This document shows, in pieces, positions 63,898-64,000 of a DNA stretch of 64,000 bases. Origin of the DNA: Podarcis liolepis. Its lineage: Eukaryota. The position numbers were made by a program, and so were the translations under genes. The stretch lies in assembly GCA_965112155.1 (NCBI GenBank), contig OZ218106.1; one strand, given 5' to 3'. The notes below the pieces were generated by a model that ran no database searches, was not told the origin of the DNA, and saw only the letters and a program-made list of their open reading frames with translations. The number at the start of each line of letters is the position of its first letter. Positions within the stretch are counted from its first letter, which is position 1.

Positions 63898-64000
63898 TAC
63901 GTTAACCAAATTTCCAAATACCACAATCCACCTAGAAATTAGCAAAGAAGGGTGTGTGAGTGTGATAGAAAAATAACAAAAGGATTCTTAAATAATCAAT

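Overview
Vertebrate genomic DNA, inferred to be squamate and probably a lacertid lizard because it carries Sauria SINEs, BovB/RTE LINEs, CR1 LINEs, Squam3-like SINEs and Tc1/mariner and hAT MITEs. I cannot identify a host protein-coding gene. The window reads as a large intron or gene desert with several homeodomain/SOX-motif-dense, TE-free blocks and three assembly gaps. The most notable object is a young, CpG-rich, 5'-truncated tyrosine-recombinase (Ngaro/DIRS-type) retrotransposon segment on the minus strand (~38513-40346). It contains an open YR frame with all catalytic residues, an intact ATG-less SGNH/GDSL hydrolase ORF behind a strong splice acceptor, a ~290-nt multi-stem predicted RNA structure starting just after the hydrolase stop, and a polyA signal. 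Together these form a potential splice-in or gene-trap cassette. Other points of interest: a Sauria SINE with a twin-priming-like 5' inversion, an 831-bp hAT element with a perfect 8-bp TSD, GC-rich cargo and an internal copy of its own end, an inverted pair of BovB copies, and multi-level TE nests. All calls were made by eye without database searches; TE family names and many boundaries are approximate.
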